A stretch of 64,000 bases of DNA, taken from positions 21,056,001 to 21,120,000 of the forward strand of contig CP086569.2 in the NCBI GenBank assembly GCA_009914755.4, read 5' to 3'. Under the pieces are notes generated by a model, which saw only the letters and a list, made by a program, of their open reading frames with translations, was not told the DNA's origin and searched no databases. The position numbers were made by a program, and so were the translations under genes. Source of the stretch: the human T2T-CHM13v2.0 reference genome, Homo sapiens. Positions 1-13,100 of this stretch are shown piece by piece; within the stretch, counting starts at the first letter, position 1; every line of letters starts with the position of its first letter.

Positions 1-235
1 AATTTGTTATGTCCAGAGTTTGTTCGTTCAGATGTGTCCAGAGTTTCTTCCATCTGGTAGGTTCATGGTCTTGCTCACTTCAAGAATGATGTTGCAGAGC
101 TTTACGGTGAGTGTTACAGCACTTAAAGGTGTTATATCCAGAGTTAGTTCCTTCAGATGTGTCCAGAGTTTCTTCCTTCTGGCAAGTTCAAGGTCTTGCT
201 AACTTCAAGAATGAAGCTGCAGACCTTTACGCTGA

Positions 236-3200
236 GTGTTACAGTACGTAAATGTGTTATGTCCAGAGTTTGTTAATTCAGATTTGTCCAGAGTTTCTTC
301 CTTCTGCAGGTTCATGGTCCTGCTCACTTCAACAATGAAGCTGCAGACCTTTACGGTGAGTGTTACAGCACTTAAAAGTGTTATGTCCAGAGTTTGTTCC
401 TTCAGATGTGTCCAGAGTTTCTTTCTTCTGGCAGGTTCATGGTCTTCCTCACTTCAATAATGAAGCTCCAGTCCTTTACGGTGAGTGGTACAGCACTTAA
501 AGGTGTTATGTCCAGCGTTTGTTCCTTCAGATGTGTCCAGAATTTCTTCCTTCTGGCAGTTTCATGGTCTTGCTCCCTTCAAGAATGAAGCTGCAGACAT
601 TAGTGGTGAGTGTTACAGCACTTAAAGGTGTTATGTCCAGAGATTTTGCCTTCAGATGTGTCCAGAATTTCTTTCATCTGGCAGGTTCATGGTCTTGCTC
701 ACTTCAAGAGTGAAGCTGCAGAATTTAGTGGTGAGTGTTACAGCACTTAAAGGTGTTATGTCCAGAGTTTGTTCCTTCAGATGTGTCCATAGTTTCTTTC
801 TTCTGGCAGTTTCATGGTCTTGCTCACTTCAAGAAAGAATGAAGCTGCAGACTTTTACGGTGAGTTTTACAGCATATAAAGTTGTTATGTCCAGAGTTTG
901 TTCCTTCAGATGTGTATAGAGTTTCTTCCTTCTGGCAGGTTCATGGTCTTGCTCACTTCAAGAATGAAGCTGCAGACCTTTACGGTGAGTGTTACAGCAC
1001 TTAAAGGTGTTATATCCAGAGTTTGTTCCTTCAGATGTGTCCAGAGTTTCTTTCTTCTGGCAGGTTCATGGATTTGCTCACTTCAAGAATGAAGCTCCAG
1101 AGCTTTATGGTGAGTTTTTCATCACTTAAAAGTGTTATGTCCAGGGTCTGTTCCTTCAGTTGTGTCCAGAGTTTCTTCCTTCTGGCAGGTTCATGGTCGT
1201 GCTCACTTGAAGAATGAAACTGCAGACCTTTACGGTGAGTGTTACAACACTTAAAGGTATTATGTCCAGAGTTTGTTACTTCAGATGTGTCCAGAGTTTC
1301 TTCCTTCTGGCAGGTTCATGGTCTTGCTAGCTTCAAGAATGAAGCTGCAGACGTTTACGGTGAGTGTTACAGCACTTAATGTTGTTATTTCGAGAGTTTT
1401 TTCCTTTAGATGTGTCCAGAGTTTCTTCCTTCTGGCAGGTTCGTTGTCTTGCTCACTTCAAAAATGAAGCTGCAGACCTTAGTGGTGAGCGTTACAGCAC
1501 TTACGTTTTTATGTCCAGAGTTTGTTCCTTCAGATGTGTCCAGAGTTTCTTCCTTCTGGCAGGTTCATGGTCTTGCTGTCCTCAAGAATGAAGCTGCAGA
1601 CCTTTACGGTGAGTGTTACAGCATTTAAAGGTGTTATGTCCAGAGTTTTTTCCTTCAGATGTGTCCAGAATTTCTACCTTCTGGCAGGTTCATGGTCTTG
1701 CTCACTTTAAGAATGATGCTGCAGACCTTAGTGGTGAGGGTTACAGCACTTAAAGATGTTATGTCCACAGTTTTTTCCTTCAGATGTGTCCAGAGTTTCT
1801 TCCTTCTGGCAGGTTCATGGTCCTGCTCACGTCAAGAATGAAGCTGCAGACCTTATTGGTGAGTGTTACAGCACTTAAAGGTGTTATGTCCAGAGTTTGT
1901 TCCTTCAGATGTGTACAGAGTTTCTTCCCTCTGGCAGGTTCATGGTCTTGCTCACTTCAAGAATGAAGCTGCAGACCTTTGTGGTGAGTGTTACAGCACT
2001 TAAAGGTTTTGTTTCCAGAGTTTTTTCCTTCAGATGTGTCCAGAGGTTCTTCCATCTGGCAGGTTCATGGTCTTGCTCAGTTCAAGAGTGAAGCTGAAGA
2101 ATTTAGTGGTGAGTGTTACAGCACTTAAAGGTGTTATGTCCAGAGTTTGTTCCTTCAGATGTGGCCAGATATTCTTCCTTCTGGCAGGTTCATGGTGTTG
2201 CTCACTTCAACAAAGAATGAAGCTGCAGATCTTTACGTTGAGTGTTACAGCATATAAAGGTGTTATGTCCGGAGATTGATCCTTCAGATGTGTCCAGATA
2301 TTCTTCCTTCTGTCATGTACATGGTCTTGCTCACTTCCAGAAAGAATGAAGCTGCAGAGATTTACGGTGAGTGTTACAGCATATAAAGGTGTTATTTCCA
2401 GAGTGTGGTCCTTCAGATATGTCCAGAGTTTCTTTCTTCTGGCAGGTTCATGGACGTACTCACTTCAAGAATGAAGCTCCAGACATTTAGGGTGAGTGTT
2501 ACACCACGTAAAAGTGTTATGTCCAGAGTTTGTTCCTTCAGATGTGGCCAGAGTTTCTTCCTTCTGGCAGGTTCATTTGTCTTGCTCACTTCAAGAATGA
2601 AACTGTAGACATTTACGGTGAGTTTTACAGCACTGAAAAATGTTATGTCCAGAGTTTGTTCCTTCAGATGTGTCCAGAGTTTCGTCCTTCTGGCAAGTTC
2701 AAGGTCTTGCTAACTTCAAGAATGAAGCTGCAGACATTTACGCTGAGTGTTACAGTACGTAAAAGTGTTATGTCCAGAGTTTGTTAATTCAGATTTTTCC
2801 AGGGTTTCTTCCTTCTGCAGGTTCATGGTCCTGCTCACTTCAACAATGAAACTGCAGACCTTTACGGTGAGTGTTACAGCACTTAAAGGGGTTATGTCCA
2901 GAGTTTGTTCCTTCAGATGTGTCCAGAGTATCTTTCTTCTGGCAGGTTCATGGTCTTGGTCACTTCAATAATGAAGCTCCAGTCCTTTACGGTGAGTGTT
3001 ACAGCACTTAAAGGTGTTATGTCCGGAGTTTGTTCCTCCAGATGTGTACAGAGTTTCTTCCTTCTGGCAGGTTCATGGTCTTGCTCACTTCAAGAATGAA
3101 GCTGCAGACCTTAGTGGTGAGGGTTACAGCACTTAAAGGTGTTATGTCCAGAGTTTTTTCCTTCAGATGTGTCCAGAGTTTCTTCCTTCTGGCCGGTTCA

Positions 3201-3400
3201 TGGTCTTGCTCACTTCAAGAATGAAGCTGCAGACCTTAGTGTTGAGTGTTACAGCACTTAAAGTTGTTATGTCCAGAGTTTGTTCCTTCATATGTGGCCA
3301 GCATTTCTTCCTTCTGGCAGGTTCATGGTCTTGCTCACTTCAAGAATGAAGCTGCAGACCTTGGTGGTGAGTGTTACAGCACTTAAAGGTGTTATGTCCA
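236..3400. repeat. Diverged HOR copies of ~2511 bp (20 monomers) in the left domain
   Basis: Distinctive variant monomers recur at +2511 bp: 236 and 2747 (MLQYV[NK]VLCPEFVNSD...), 394 and 2905, 519 and 3030, 656 and 3167. The 'ggcaagttcaaggtcttgctaacttc' monomer sits at ~157, ~2667 and ~7307. Copies differ by several percent. Confidence 0.7.
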
Positions 3401-5048
3401 GAGTTTTTTCCATCAGATGTGTATAGAGTTTCTTCCTTCTGGCAGGTTCATGGTCTTGCTCATTTCAAGAATGAAGCTGCAGACCTTTAAGGTAAGTGTT
3501 ACAGCACATAAAGGTGTTATGTCCAGAGTTTTTTCCTTCAGATGTGTCCAGAGTTTCTTTCTTCTGGCAGGTTCAAGGTCTTTCTCACTTCAATAATGAA
3601 CCTCCAGTCCTTTACGGTGAGTGTTACAACACTTAAAGGTGTTATGTCCAGAGTTTTTTCCTTCATATGTGTCCAGAGTTTCTTCCTTCTGGCAGTTTCA
3701 TGGTCTTGCTCACTTCAAGAATGAAACTGCAGACCATTACGGTGAGTGTTACAGCACTGAAAGATGTTATGTCCAGAGTTTGTTCCTTCAGATGTGTCCA
3801 GAGTTTCTTCCTTCTGGCAGGTTCATGGTCTTGCTCAATTCAAGAATGAAGCTGCAGACCTTAGTGTTGAGTGTTACAGCACTTAAAGGTGTTACGTCCA
3901 GAGTTTATTCCTTCAGATGTGTCCAGAGTTTCTTCCATCTGGCAGTTTCATGTTCTTGCTAACTTCAAGCGTGAAGCTGCAGAATTTAGTGGTGAGTGTT
4001 ACAGCACATAAAGGTGTTATGTCCAGAGATTCTTTCTTCAGATGTGTCCAGATATTCTTCCTTCTGTCCTGTACATGGTCTTGCTCACTTCAAGAAAGAA
4101 TGAAACTGCAGACCTTTACAGTGAGTGTTACAGCATATAAAGGTGTTATGTGCAGAGTTTGGTCCTTCAGATGTGTCCAGAGTTTCTTCCTTCGGGCAGG
4201 TTCATGGTCTAGCTCACTTCAAGAATGAAGCTGCAGAGCTTGTTGGTGAGTGTTACAGCAGTTAAAGGTGTTATGTCCAGAGTTTCTTCCATCAGATGTG
4301 TATAGAGTTTCTTGCTACTGGCAGGTTCATGGTCTTGCTCACTTCAAGAATGAAGCTGCAGACCTAGGTGGTGAGTGTTACAGCACTTAAAGGTGTTATG
4401 TCCAGAGTTTGTTCCGTCAGATGTGTCTAGAGTTTCTTGCTTCTGGCAGGTTCATGGTCTTGCTCACTTCAAGAATCATGCTGCAGACCTTTACGGTGAG
4501 TTTTACAGCACTTAATGGTGTTATATCCTGTGTTCGTTCCTTCACATGTGTCCAGAGTTTCTTCCTTCGGGCAGGTTCATTGTCTTGCTCACTTCAAGAA
4601 TGAAGCTGCAGTCCTTACTGTTGAGTGTTACAGCACATAAAGTTGTTATGTCCAGAGTTTCTTCCTCCAGATGTGGCCAGAGTTTCTTCCTTCTGTCAGG
4701 TTCATGGTCTTACTCCCTTCAAGAATGAAGCTGCAGACCTAGGTGGTGAGTGTTACAGCACTTAAAGGAGTTATGTCCAGAGTTTGTTCCGTGAGATGTG
4801 TCCAGCGTTTCTTCCATCTGGCAGGTTCATGGTATTGCTCACTTCAAGAATGATGCTGCAGACCTTTACGGTGAGTGTTACAGCACTTAAAGGTGTTATA
4901 TCCAGAGTTGTTCCTTCAGATGTGTCCAGCGTTTCTTTCTTCTGGCAGGTTCATCGTCTTGCTCACTTCAAGAAAGAATGAAGCTGCAGACATTTACGGT
5001 GAGTTTTACAGCATATAAAGTTGTTATGTCCAGAGTTTTTTCCTTCAG

Positions 5049-8000
5049 ATGTGTCCAGAGTTTCTTCCTTCTGGCAGGTTCATGGTCTTGCTCACTTCAA
5101 GAATGAAGCTGCAGACCTTAGTGTTGAGTGTTACAGCACTGAAAGTTGTTATGTCTAGAGTTTGTTCCTTCATATGTGGCCAGAATTTCTTCCTTCTGGC
5201 AGGTTCATGGTCTTGCTCACTTCAAGAATGAAGCTGCAGACCTTGGTGGGGAGTGTCACAGCACTTAAAGGTGTTATGTCCAGAGTTTGTTCCATCAGAT
5301 GTGTATAGAGTTTCTTCCTTCTGGCAGGTTCATGGTCTTGCTCATTTCAAGAATGAAGCTGCAGACCTTTACGGTGAGTGTTACAGCACTTAAAGGTGTT
5401 ATATCCAGAGTTTGTTCCTTCAGATGTGTCCAGAGTTTCTTTCTTCTGGCAGGTTCATGGACTTGCTCACTTCAAGAATGAAGCTCCAGACCTTTACGGT
5501 GAATCTTACGTCACTTAAAGGTGTTATGTCCAGAGTTTCTTCCTTCAGTTGTGTCCAGAGTTTCTTCCTTCTGGCAGGTTCATGGTCTTGCTCACTTCAA
5601 GAATGAAACTGCAGACCTTTACGGTGAGTGTTACAGCACTTAAAGGTATTATGTCCAGAGTTTGTTCCTTCAGATGTGTCCAGAGTTTCTTCCTTCTGGC
5701 AGGTTCATGGTCTTGCTAGCTTCAAGAATGAAGCTGCAGACCTTTAAGGTTAGTGTTACAGCACTTAAAGGTGTTATGTCCAGAGTTTTTTCCTTCAGAT
5801 GTGTCCAGAGTTTCTTTCTTCTGGCAGGTTCATGGTCTTTCTCACTTCAATAATGAAGCTCCAGTCCTTTACGGTGAGTGTTACAACTCTTAAAGGTGTT
5901 ATGTCCAGAGATTGTTCCTTCATATGTGTCCAGACTTTCTTCCTTCTGGCAGTTTCACGGTCTTGCTTACTTCAAGAATGAAACTGCAGACCATTACGGT
6001 GAGCGTTACAGCACTGAAAGATGTTATGTCCAGAGTTTGTTCCTTCAGATGTGTCCAGAGTTTCTTCCTACTGGCAGGTTCATGGTCTTGCTCACTTCAA
6101 GAATGAAGCTGCAGATATTAGTGGTGAGTATTACAGCCCTTAAAGGTGTTATGTCCAGAGTTTTCTCCTTCAGATGTGTCCAGAGTTTCTTCCATCTGGC
6201 AGGTTCATGGTCTTGCTCACTTCAAGGGTGAAGCTGCAGAATTTAGTGGTGAGTGTTACAGCACTAAATGTGTTATGTCCAGAGTTTGTTTCTTCAGATG
6301 TTTCCAGATATTCTTCCTTCTGTCATGTACATGGTCTTGCTCACTTCAAGAAAGAATGAAGCTGCAGACCTTTACGGTGAGTGTTACAGCATATAAAGGT
6401 GTTATGTCCAGAGTTTGGTCCTTCAGATGTGTCCAGAGTTTCTTCCTTCGGGCAGGTTCATGGTCTAGCTCACTTAAAGAATGAAGCTGCAGACCTTGCT
6501 GGTGAGTGTTAGAGCAGTTAAAGGTGTTATGTCCAGAGTTTCTTCCATCAGATGTGTATAGAGTTTCTTCCTTCTGGCAGGTTCATGGTCTTGCTCACTT
6601 CAAGAATGAAACTGCAGACCATTACGGTGAGTGTTACAGCACTTAAAGGTATTATGTCCAGAGTTTGTTCCTTCAGATGTGTCCAGAATTTCTTCCTTCT
6701 GGCAGGTTCATGGTCTTGCTCCCTTCAAGAATGAAACTGCAGACCTTTACGCTGAGTGTTACAGCACTTAAAGGTATTATGTCCAGAGTTTGTTCCTTCA
6801 GATGGGTCCAGAGTTTCTTCCTTCTAGCAGGTTCATGGTCTTTCTACCTTCAAGAGTGAAGCTGCAGACCTTTAAGGTAAGTGTTACAGCACTTAAAGTT
6901 GTTATGTCCAGAGTTTGTTCTTTCAGATGTGTCCAGAGTTTCTTTCTACTGGCAGGTTCATGGTCTTGCTCACTTCAATAATGAAGCTCCAGTCCGTTAC
7001 GGTGAGTGTTACAGCACTTAAAGGTGTTATGTCCGGAGTTTGTTCCTCCAGATGTGTCCAGAGTTTCTTCCTTCTGGCAGGTTCATGGTCTTGCTCACTT
7101 CAAGAATGAAACTGCAGACCATTACGCTGAGTGTTACAGCATTTAAAGGTGTTATGTCCAGAGATTTTTCCTTCAGATGTGTCCAGTTTTTTCCTTCTGG
7201 CAGGTTCATTTGTCTTGCTCACTTCAAGAATGAAACTGTAGACATTTACGGTGAGTTTTACAGCACTGAAAAATGTTATGTCCAGAGTTTGTTCCTTCAG
7301 ATGTGTCCAGAGTTTCTTCCTTCTGGCAAGTTCAAGGTCTTGCTAACTTCAAGAATGAAGCTGCAGACCTTTACGGTGAGTGTTACAGTACGTAAAAGTG
7401 TTATGTCCAGAGTTTGTTTATTCAGATTTGTCCAGGGTTTCTTCCTTCTGCAGGTTCATGGTCCTGCTCACTTCAACAATGTAGCTGCAGACCTTTACGG
7501 TGAGTGTTACAGCACTTAAAGGGGTTATGTCCAGAGTTTGTTCCTTCAGATGTTTCCAGAGTATCTTTCTTCTGGCAGGTTCATGGTCTACCTCACTTCA
7601 ATAATGAAGCTCCAGTCCTTTACGGTGAGTGTTACAGTACTTAAAGGTGTTATGTCCGGAGTTTGTTCCTCCAGATGTGTCCAGAGTTTCTTCCTTCTGG
7701 CAGGTTCATGGTCTTGCTCACTTCAAGAATGAAGCTGCAGACCTTAGTGGTGAGGGTTACAGCATTTAAAGGTGTTATGTCCAGAGTTTTTTCCTTCAGA
7801 TGTGTCCAGAGTTTCTTCCTTCTGGCCGGTTCATGGTCTTGCTCACTTCAAGAATGAAGCTGCAGACCTTAGTGTTGAGTGTTACAGCACTTAACGTTGT
7901 TATGTCCAGAGTTTGTTCCTTCATATGTGGCCAGAATTTCTTCCTTCTGGCAGGTTCATGGTCTTGCTCACTTCAAGAATGAAGCTGCAGACCTTGGTGG

Positions 8001-9800
8001 TGAGTGTTACAGCACTTAAAGGTGTTATGTCCAGAGTTTGTTCCATCAGATGTGTATAGAGTTTCTTCCTTCTGGCAGGTTCATGGTCTTGCTCATTTCA
8101 AGAATGAAGCTGCAGACCTTTACGGTGAGTGTTACAGCACTTAAAGGTGTTATATCCAGAGTTTGTTCCTTCAGATGTGTCCAGAGTTTCTTTCTTCTGG
8201 CAGGTTCATGGGCTTGCTCACTTCAAGAATGAAGCTCCAGACCTTTAGGGTGGATTTTACGTCACTTAAAGGTGTTATGTCCAGAGTTTGTTCCTTCAGT
8301 TGTGTCCAGAGTTTCTTTCTTCTGGCAGGTTCATGGTCTTGCTCACTTCAAGAATGAAACTGCAGACATTTATGGTGCTTGTTACAGCACTTAAAGGTAT
8401 TATGTCCAGAGTTTGTTCCTTCAGATGTGTCCAGAGTTTCTTCCTTCTGGCAGGTTCATGGTCTTCCTAGCTTCAAGAATGAAGCTGCAGACCTTTAAGG
8501 TAAGTGTTACAGCACATAAAGGTGTTATGTCCAGAGTTTTTTCCTTCAGATGTGTCCAGAGTTTCTTTCTTCTGGCAGGTTCAAGGTCTTTCTCACTTCA
8601 ATAATGAAGCTCCAGTCCTTTACGGTGAGTGTTACAGCACTTAAAGGTGTTATGTCCAGAGTTTGTTCCTTCATATGTGTCCAGAGTTTCTTCCTTCTGG
8701 CAGTTTCATGGTCTTGCTCACTTCAAGAATGAAACTGCAGACCATTACGGTGAGTGTTACAGCACTGAAAGATGTTATGTCCAGAGTTTGTTCCTTCAGA
8801 TGTGTCCAGAGTTTCTTCCTTCTGGCAGGTTCATGGTCTTGCTCACTTCAAGAATGAAGCTGCAGACCTTAGTGTTGAGTGTTACAGCACTTAAAGGTGT
8901 TACGTCCAGAGTTTATTCCTTCAGATGTGTCCAGAGTTTCTTCCATCTGGCAGGTTCATGGTCTTGCTCACTTCATGCGTGAAGCTGCAGAATTTAGTGG
9001 TGAGTGTTACAGCACATAAAGGTGTTATGTCCAGAGTTTGTTTCTTCAGATGTGTCCAGATATTCTTCCTTCTGTCCTGTACATGGTCTTGCTCACTTCA
9101 AGAAAGAATGAAACTGCAGACCTTTACGGTGAGTGTTACAGCATATAAAGGTGTTATGTCCAGAGTTTGGTCCTTCAGATGTGTCCAGAGTTTCTTCCTT
9201 CGGCAGGTTCATGGTCTAGCTCACTTCAAGAATGAAGCTGCAGAGCTTGTTGGTGAGTGTTACAGCAGTTAAAGGTGTTATGTCCAGAGTTTCTTCCATC
9301 AGATGTGTATAGAGTTTCTTGCTTCTGACAGGTTCATGGTCTTGCTCACTTCAAGAATGAAGCTGCAGACCTTAGTGTTGAGTGTTACAGCACTTAAAGG
9401 TGTTATGTCCAGAGGTTGTTCCGTCAGATGTGTCTAGAGTTTCTTGCTTCTGGCAGGTTCATGGTCTTGCTCACTTCAAGAATCATGCTGCAGACCTTTA
9501 CGGTGAGTTTTACAGCACTTAATGGTGTTATATCCTGTGTTCGTTCCTTCACATGTGTCCAGAGTTTCTTCCTTCGGGCAGGTTCGTGGTCTTGCTCACT
9601 TCAAGAATGAAGCTGCAGTCCTTAGTGTTGAGTGTTACAGCACATAAGGTTGTTATGTCCAGAGTTTGTTCCTCCAGATGTGGCCAGAGTTTCTTCCTTC
9701 TGTCAGGTTCATGGTCTTACTGCCTTCAAGAATGAAGCTGCAGACCTAGGTGGTGAGTGTTACAGCACTTAAAGGTGTTATGTCCAGAGTTTGTTCCGTC
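5049..9800. repeat. Two tandem copies of a 2751 bp (22-monomer) HOR; a shorter 1882 bp relative lies upstream at 3167-5048
   Basis: ORF/variant pairs sit exactly 2751 bp apart: 5049/7800, 5287/8038, 5412/8163, 5662/8413, 5799/8550, 5878/8629, 5912/8663, 6174/8925. The distance 3167 to 5049 is 1882, and 3542 to 5799 is 2257, which is 1882 plus a 3-monomer insertion. Confidence 0.75.
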
Positions 9801-10165
9801 AGATGTGTGTAGAGTTTCTTTCTTCTGGCAGGTTCATGGTCTTGCTCACTTCAAGAATCATGCTGCAGACCTTTACGGTGAGTTTTACAGCACTTGATGG
9901 TGTTATATCCTGTGTTCGTTCCTTAACATGTGTCCAGAGTTTCTTCCTTCTGAGAGGTTCATGGTCTTGCTGACCTCAAGAATGGAGCTGCAGACATTTA
10001 CGGTGTGTGTTTCAGCACTTAAAGGTGTTATATAAAGAATATGTTCATTCAGATGTGTCCAGAATTTCTTCCTTCTGGCAGGTTTATGGTCTTCTCACTT
10101 CAAGAATGAAGCTGCAGTCCTTTACGGTGAGTGTTTCAGCACTTAAAGGTGTTATGTCTAGAGTT
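9416..10165. repeat. Local 375 bp (3-monomer) tandem duplication
   Basis: MFRQMCLEFLASGRF...-type monomers sit at 9416 and 9791, and again at 4409, which is 5007 bp upstream. The 'catgtgtccagagtttcttccttc' partner monomer follows each of them. Confidence 0.55.
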
Positions 10166-13100
10166 TTTTCCTTCAGATGTGTCCAGAGTTTCCTCCATCT
10201 GGCAGGCTCATGGTATTGCTCACTTCAAGAGTGAAGCTGCAGAATTCAGTGGTGAGTGTTACAGCACTTAAAGGTGTTATGTCCAGAGTTTGTTCCTTCA
10301 GAAGTGTCCAGAGTTTCTTCCTTCTGGCAGGTTCATGGTCTTGTTCACTTCAAGAATGAAGCTGCAGACATTAGTGGTGAGCGTTACAGCACATAAGTTT
10401 TTATGTCCAGAGTTTGTTCCTTCATATAAGTGCAGAGTTTCTTCCTTCTGGCAGATTCATGGTCTTGCTAGCTTCAAGAATGAAGCTGCAGACCTTTACG
10501 GTGAGTGTTACAGCACTTAAAGGTGTTATGTCCAGAGTTTGTTCCTTCAGATGTGTCCAGAGTTACTACCTTCCGGCAGGTTCATGATCTTGATCACTTC
10601 AAGAATGAAGCTGCAGACCTTTACGGTGGGTGTTACAGCACTTAAAGGTGTTATGTCCAGAGTTTGTTCATTCGGATGTGTCCAGAATTTCTTCCTTCTG
10701 GCAGGTTCATGGTCTTGCTCACTTCAAGAATGAAGCTGCAGACCTTTAGGGTGAGTGTTACAGCACTTAAAAGTGTTATGTCCACAGTTTGTTCCTTCAG
10801 ATGTGTCCAGAGTTTCTTTCTTCTGACAGGTTCATGGTCTAGCTCACTTCCAGAAAAATGAAGCTGCAGACCATTACGGTGGGTTTTACAGCACATACAG
10901 TGTTATGCCCAGAGTTTGGTCCTTCAGATGTGTCCAGAGTTTCTTCCTTCTGGCAGGTTCATGGTCTTGCTCACTTCAAGAATGAAGCTGCAGAATTTGA
11001 TGGTGAGTGTTACAGCACTTAATTGTGTTATGTCCAAAGTTTGTTCCTTCAGATGTGTCCAGAGTTTCTTCCTTCTGGCAGGTTCATGGTCTTGCTCATT
11101 TCAAGAATGAAACTGCAGACCATTACGGTGAGTGTTACAGCACTTTAAGGTGTTATGTCCAGAGTTTGTTAGTTCAGATGTGTCCAGTTTCTTCCTTCTG
11201 GCAGGTTCATGGTCTTGCTCTCTTCAACAATGAAACTGTAGACCTTTACGGTGAGTGTTACACAATGAAAGATGTTATGTCCAGAGTTTGTTCTTTCAGA
11301 TGTGTCCAGAGTTTCTTCCATCTGGCAGGCACATGGTCTTGCTCACTTCAAGAATGAAGCTGCAGACCTTAGTGGTGAGTGTTACAGCACTTAAATGTGT
11401 TATGTCCAGAGTTTGTTCCTCCAGATGTGTCCAGAGTTTCTTCCTTCTGGCAGGTTCATGGTCTTGCTCACTTCAAGAATCAAGCTGCAGACCTTAGTGG
11501 TGAGTGTTACAGCACTTATAGTTGTTATGTCCAGAGTTTGTTCCTTCAGATGTGTCCAGAATTTCTTCCTTCTGGCAGGTTCATGGTCTTGCTCACTTCA
11601 AGAATGAAGCTGCAGACCGTAGTGGTGACTGTTACAGCACTTAAAAGTGTTATGTTCAGAGTTTTTTCCTTGAGATGTGTCTAGAGTTTCTTCCATCTGG
11701 CAGGTTCATGGTCTTGCTCACTTCAAGAAAGAATGAAGCTGCAGACCTCTACGGTGAGTGTTACAGCATATAAAGGTGTTATGTCCAGAGTTTGGTCCTT
11801 CAGATATGTCCAGAGTTTCTTCCTTCGGGCAGGTTCATGGTCTTGCTCACTTCAAAAATGAAACTGTAGACCTTAGTGGTGAGTGTTACAGCACTTAAAG
11901 GTGTTAGGTCCAGAGTTTTTTCCTTCAGATGTGTCCAGAGTTTCTTCCATCTGGCAGGTTCTTGGTCTTGCTCACTTCAAGAGTGAACCTGCAGAATTTA
12001 GTAGTGAGTGTTACAGTACTTAAAGGTGTTATGTCCAGAGTTTGTTCCTTCAGATGTGTCCAGATATTCTTCCTTCTGGCATGTTCATGGTCTTGCTCAC
12101 TTCAAAAAAGAATGAAGCTGCAGACCTTTACGGTGAGTGTTACAGCATATAAAGGTGTTATGTCCTGAATTTGGTCCTTCAGATGTGTCCAGAGTTTCTT
12201 CCTTCGGGCAGGTTCATTGTCTTGCTCACTTCAAGAATGAAGCTGCAGACCTTGCTGGTGAGTGTTACAGCAGTTAAAGTGTTATGTCCATTGTTTCTTC
12301 CATCAGATGTGTATAGAGTTTCTTCCTTCTGGCAGGTTCATGGTCTTGCTCACTTCCAGAATGAAGCTGCAGACCTTTACGGTGAGTGTCACAGCACTTA
12401 AAGGTGTTATATCCATAGTTTGTTCATTCTGATGTGTCCAAAATTTCTTCCTTGTGGCAGGTTCATGGTCTTGCTCACTTCAAGAATGAAGCTGCAGACC
12501 TTTACGGTGAGTGTTACAGCACTTAAAGGTATTATGTCCAGAGTTTGTTCCTTCAGATGTGTCCAGAGTTTCTTCCTTCTGGCAGGTTCATGGTCTTGCT
12601 CACTTCAAGAATGAAACTGCAGACACTTACTGTGAGTGTTACAGCACTTAAAGGTGTTATGTCCAGAGTTTGTTCCTTCAGATGTGTCCAGTTTCTTCCT
12701 TGTGGCAGGTTCATGGTCTTGCTCATTTCAAGAATGAAACTGTAGACCTTTACGGTGAGTGTTACAGCACTGAAAGATGTTATGTCCAGAGTTTGTTCCT
12801 TCATATGTCTCCAGAGTTTCTTCCTTCTGGCAGGTTCATGGTCTTGCTGAACTCAAGAATGAAGCTGCAGACCTTTACGGTGAGTGTTACAGCACTTAAA
12901 GGTGTTATGTCCAGAGTTTGTTCCTTCAGATATGTCCAGAGTTTCTTCCTTCTGGAAGGTTCATGGTCTTGCTCACTTCAAGAATGTAGGTGCCGACCTT
13001 TACGCTGAGTGTTACAGCTCTTAAAACTGTTATGTCCAGAGTTTGTTCCTTCAGATGTGTCCAGAGTTTCTTCCTTCTGGCAGTTTCATGGTCTTGCTCA

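Noticed and set aside
2470-2490. Occasional 'ttaggg' hexamers (for example in 'catttagggtgag' near 2476 and 8238), possibly telomeric
   Set aside because: These are single incidental hexamers created by point variants of 'ctttacggtgag'. There is no tandem TTAGGG run.
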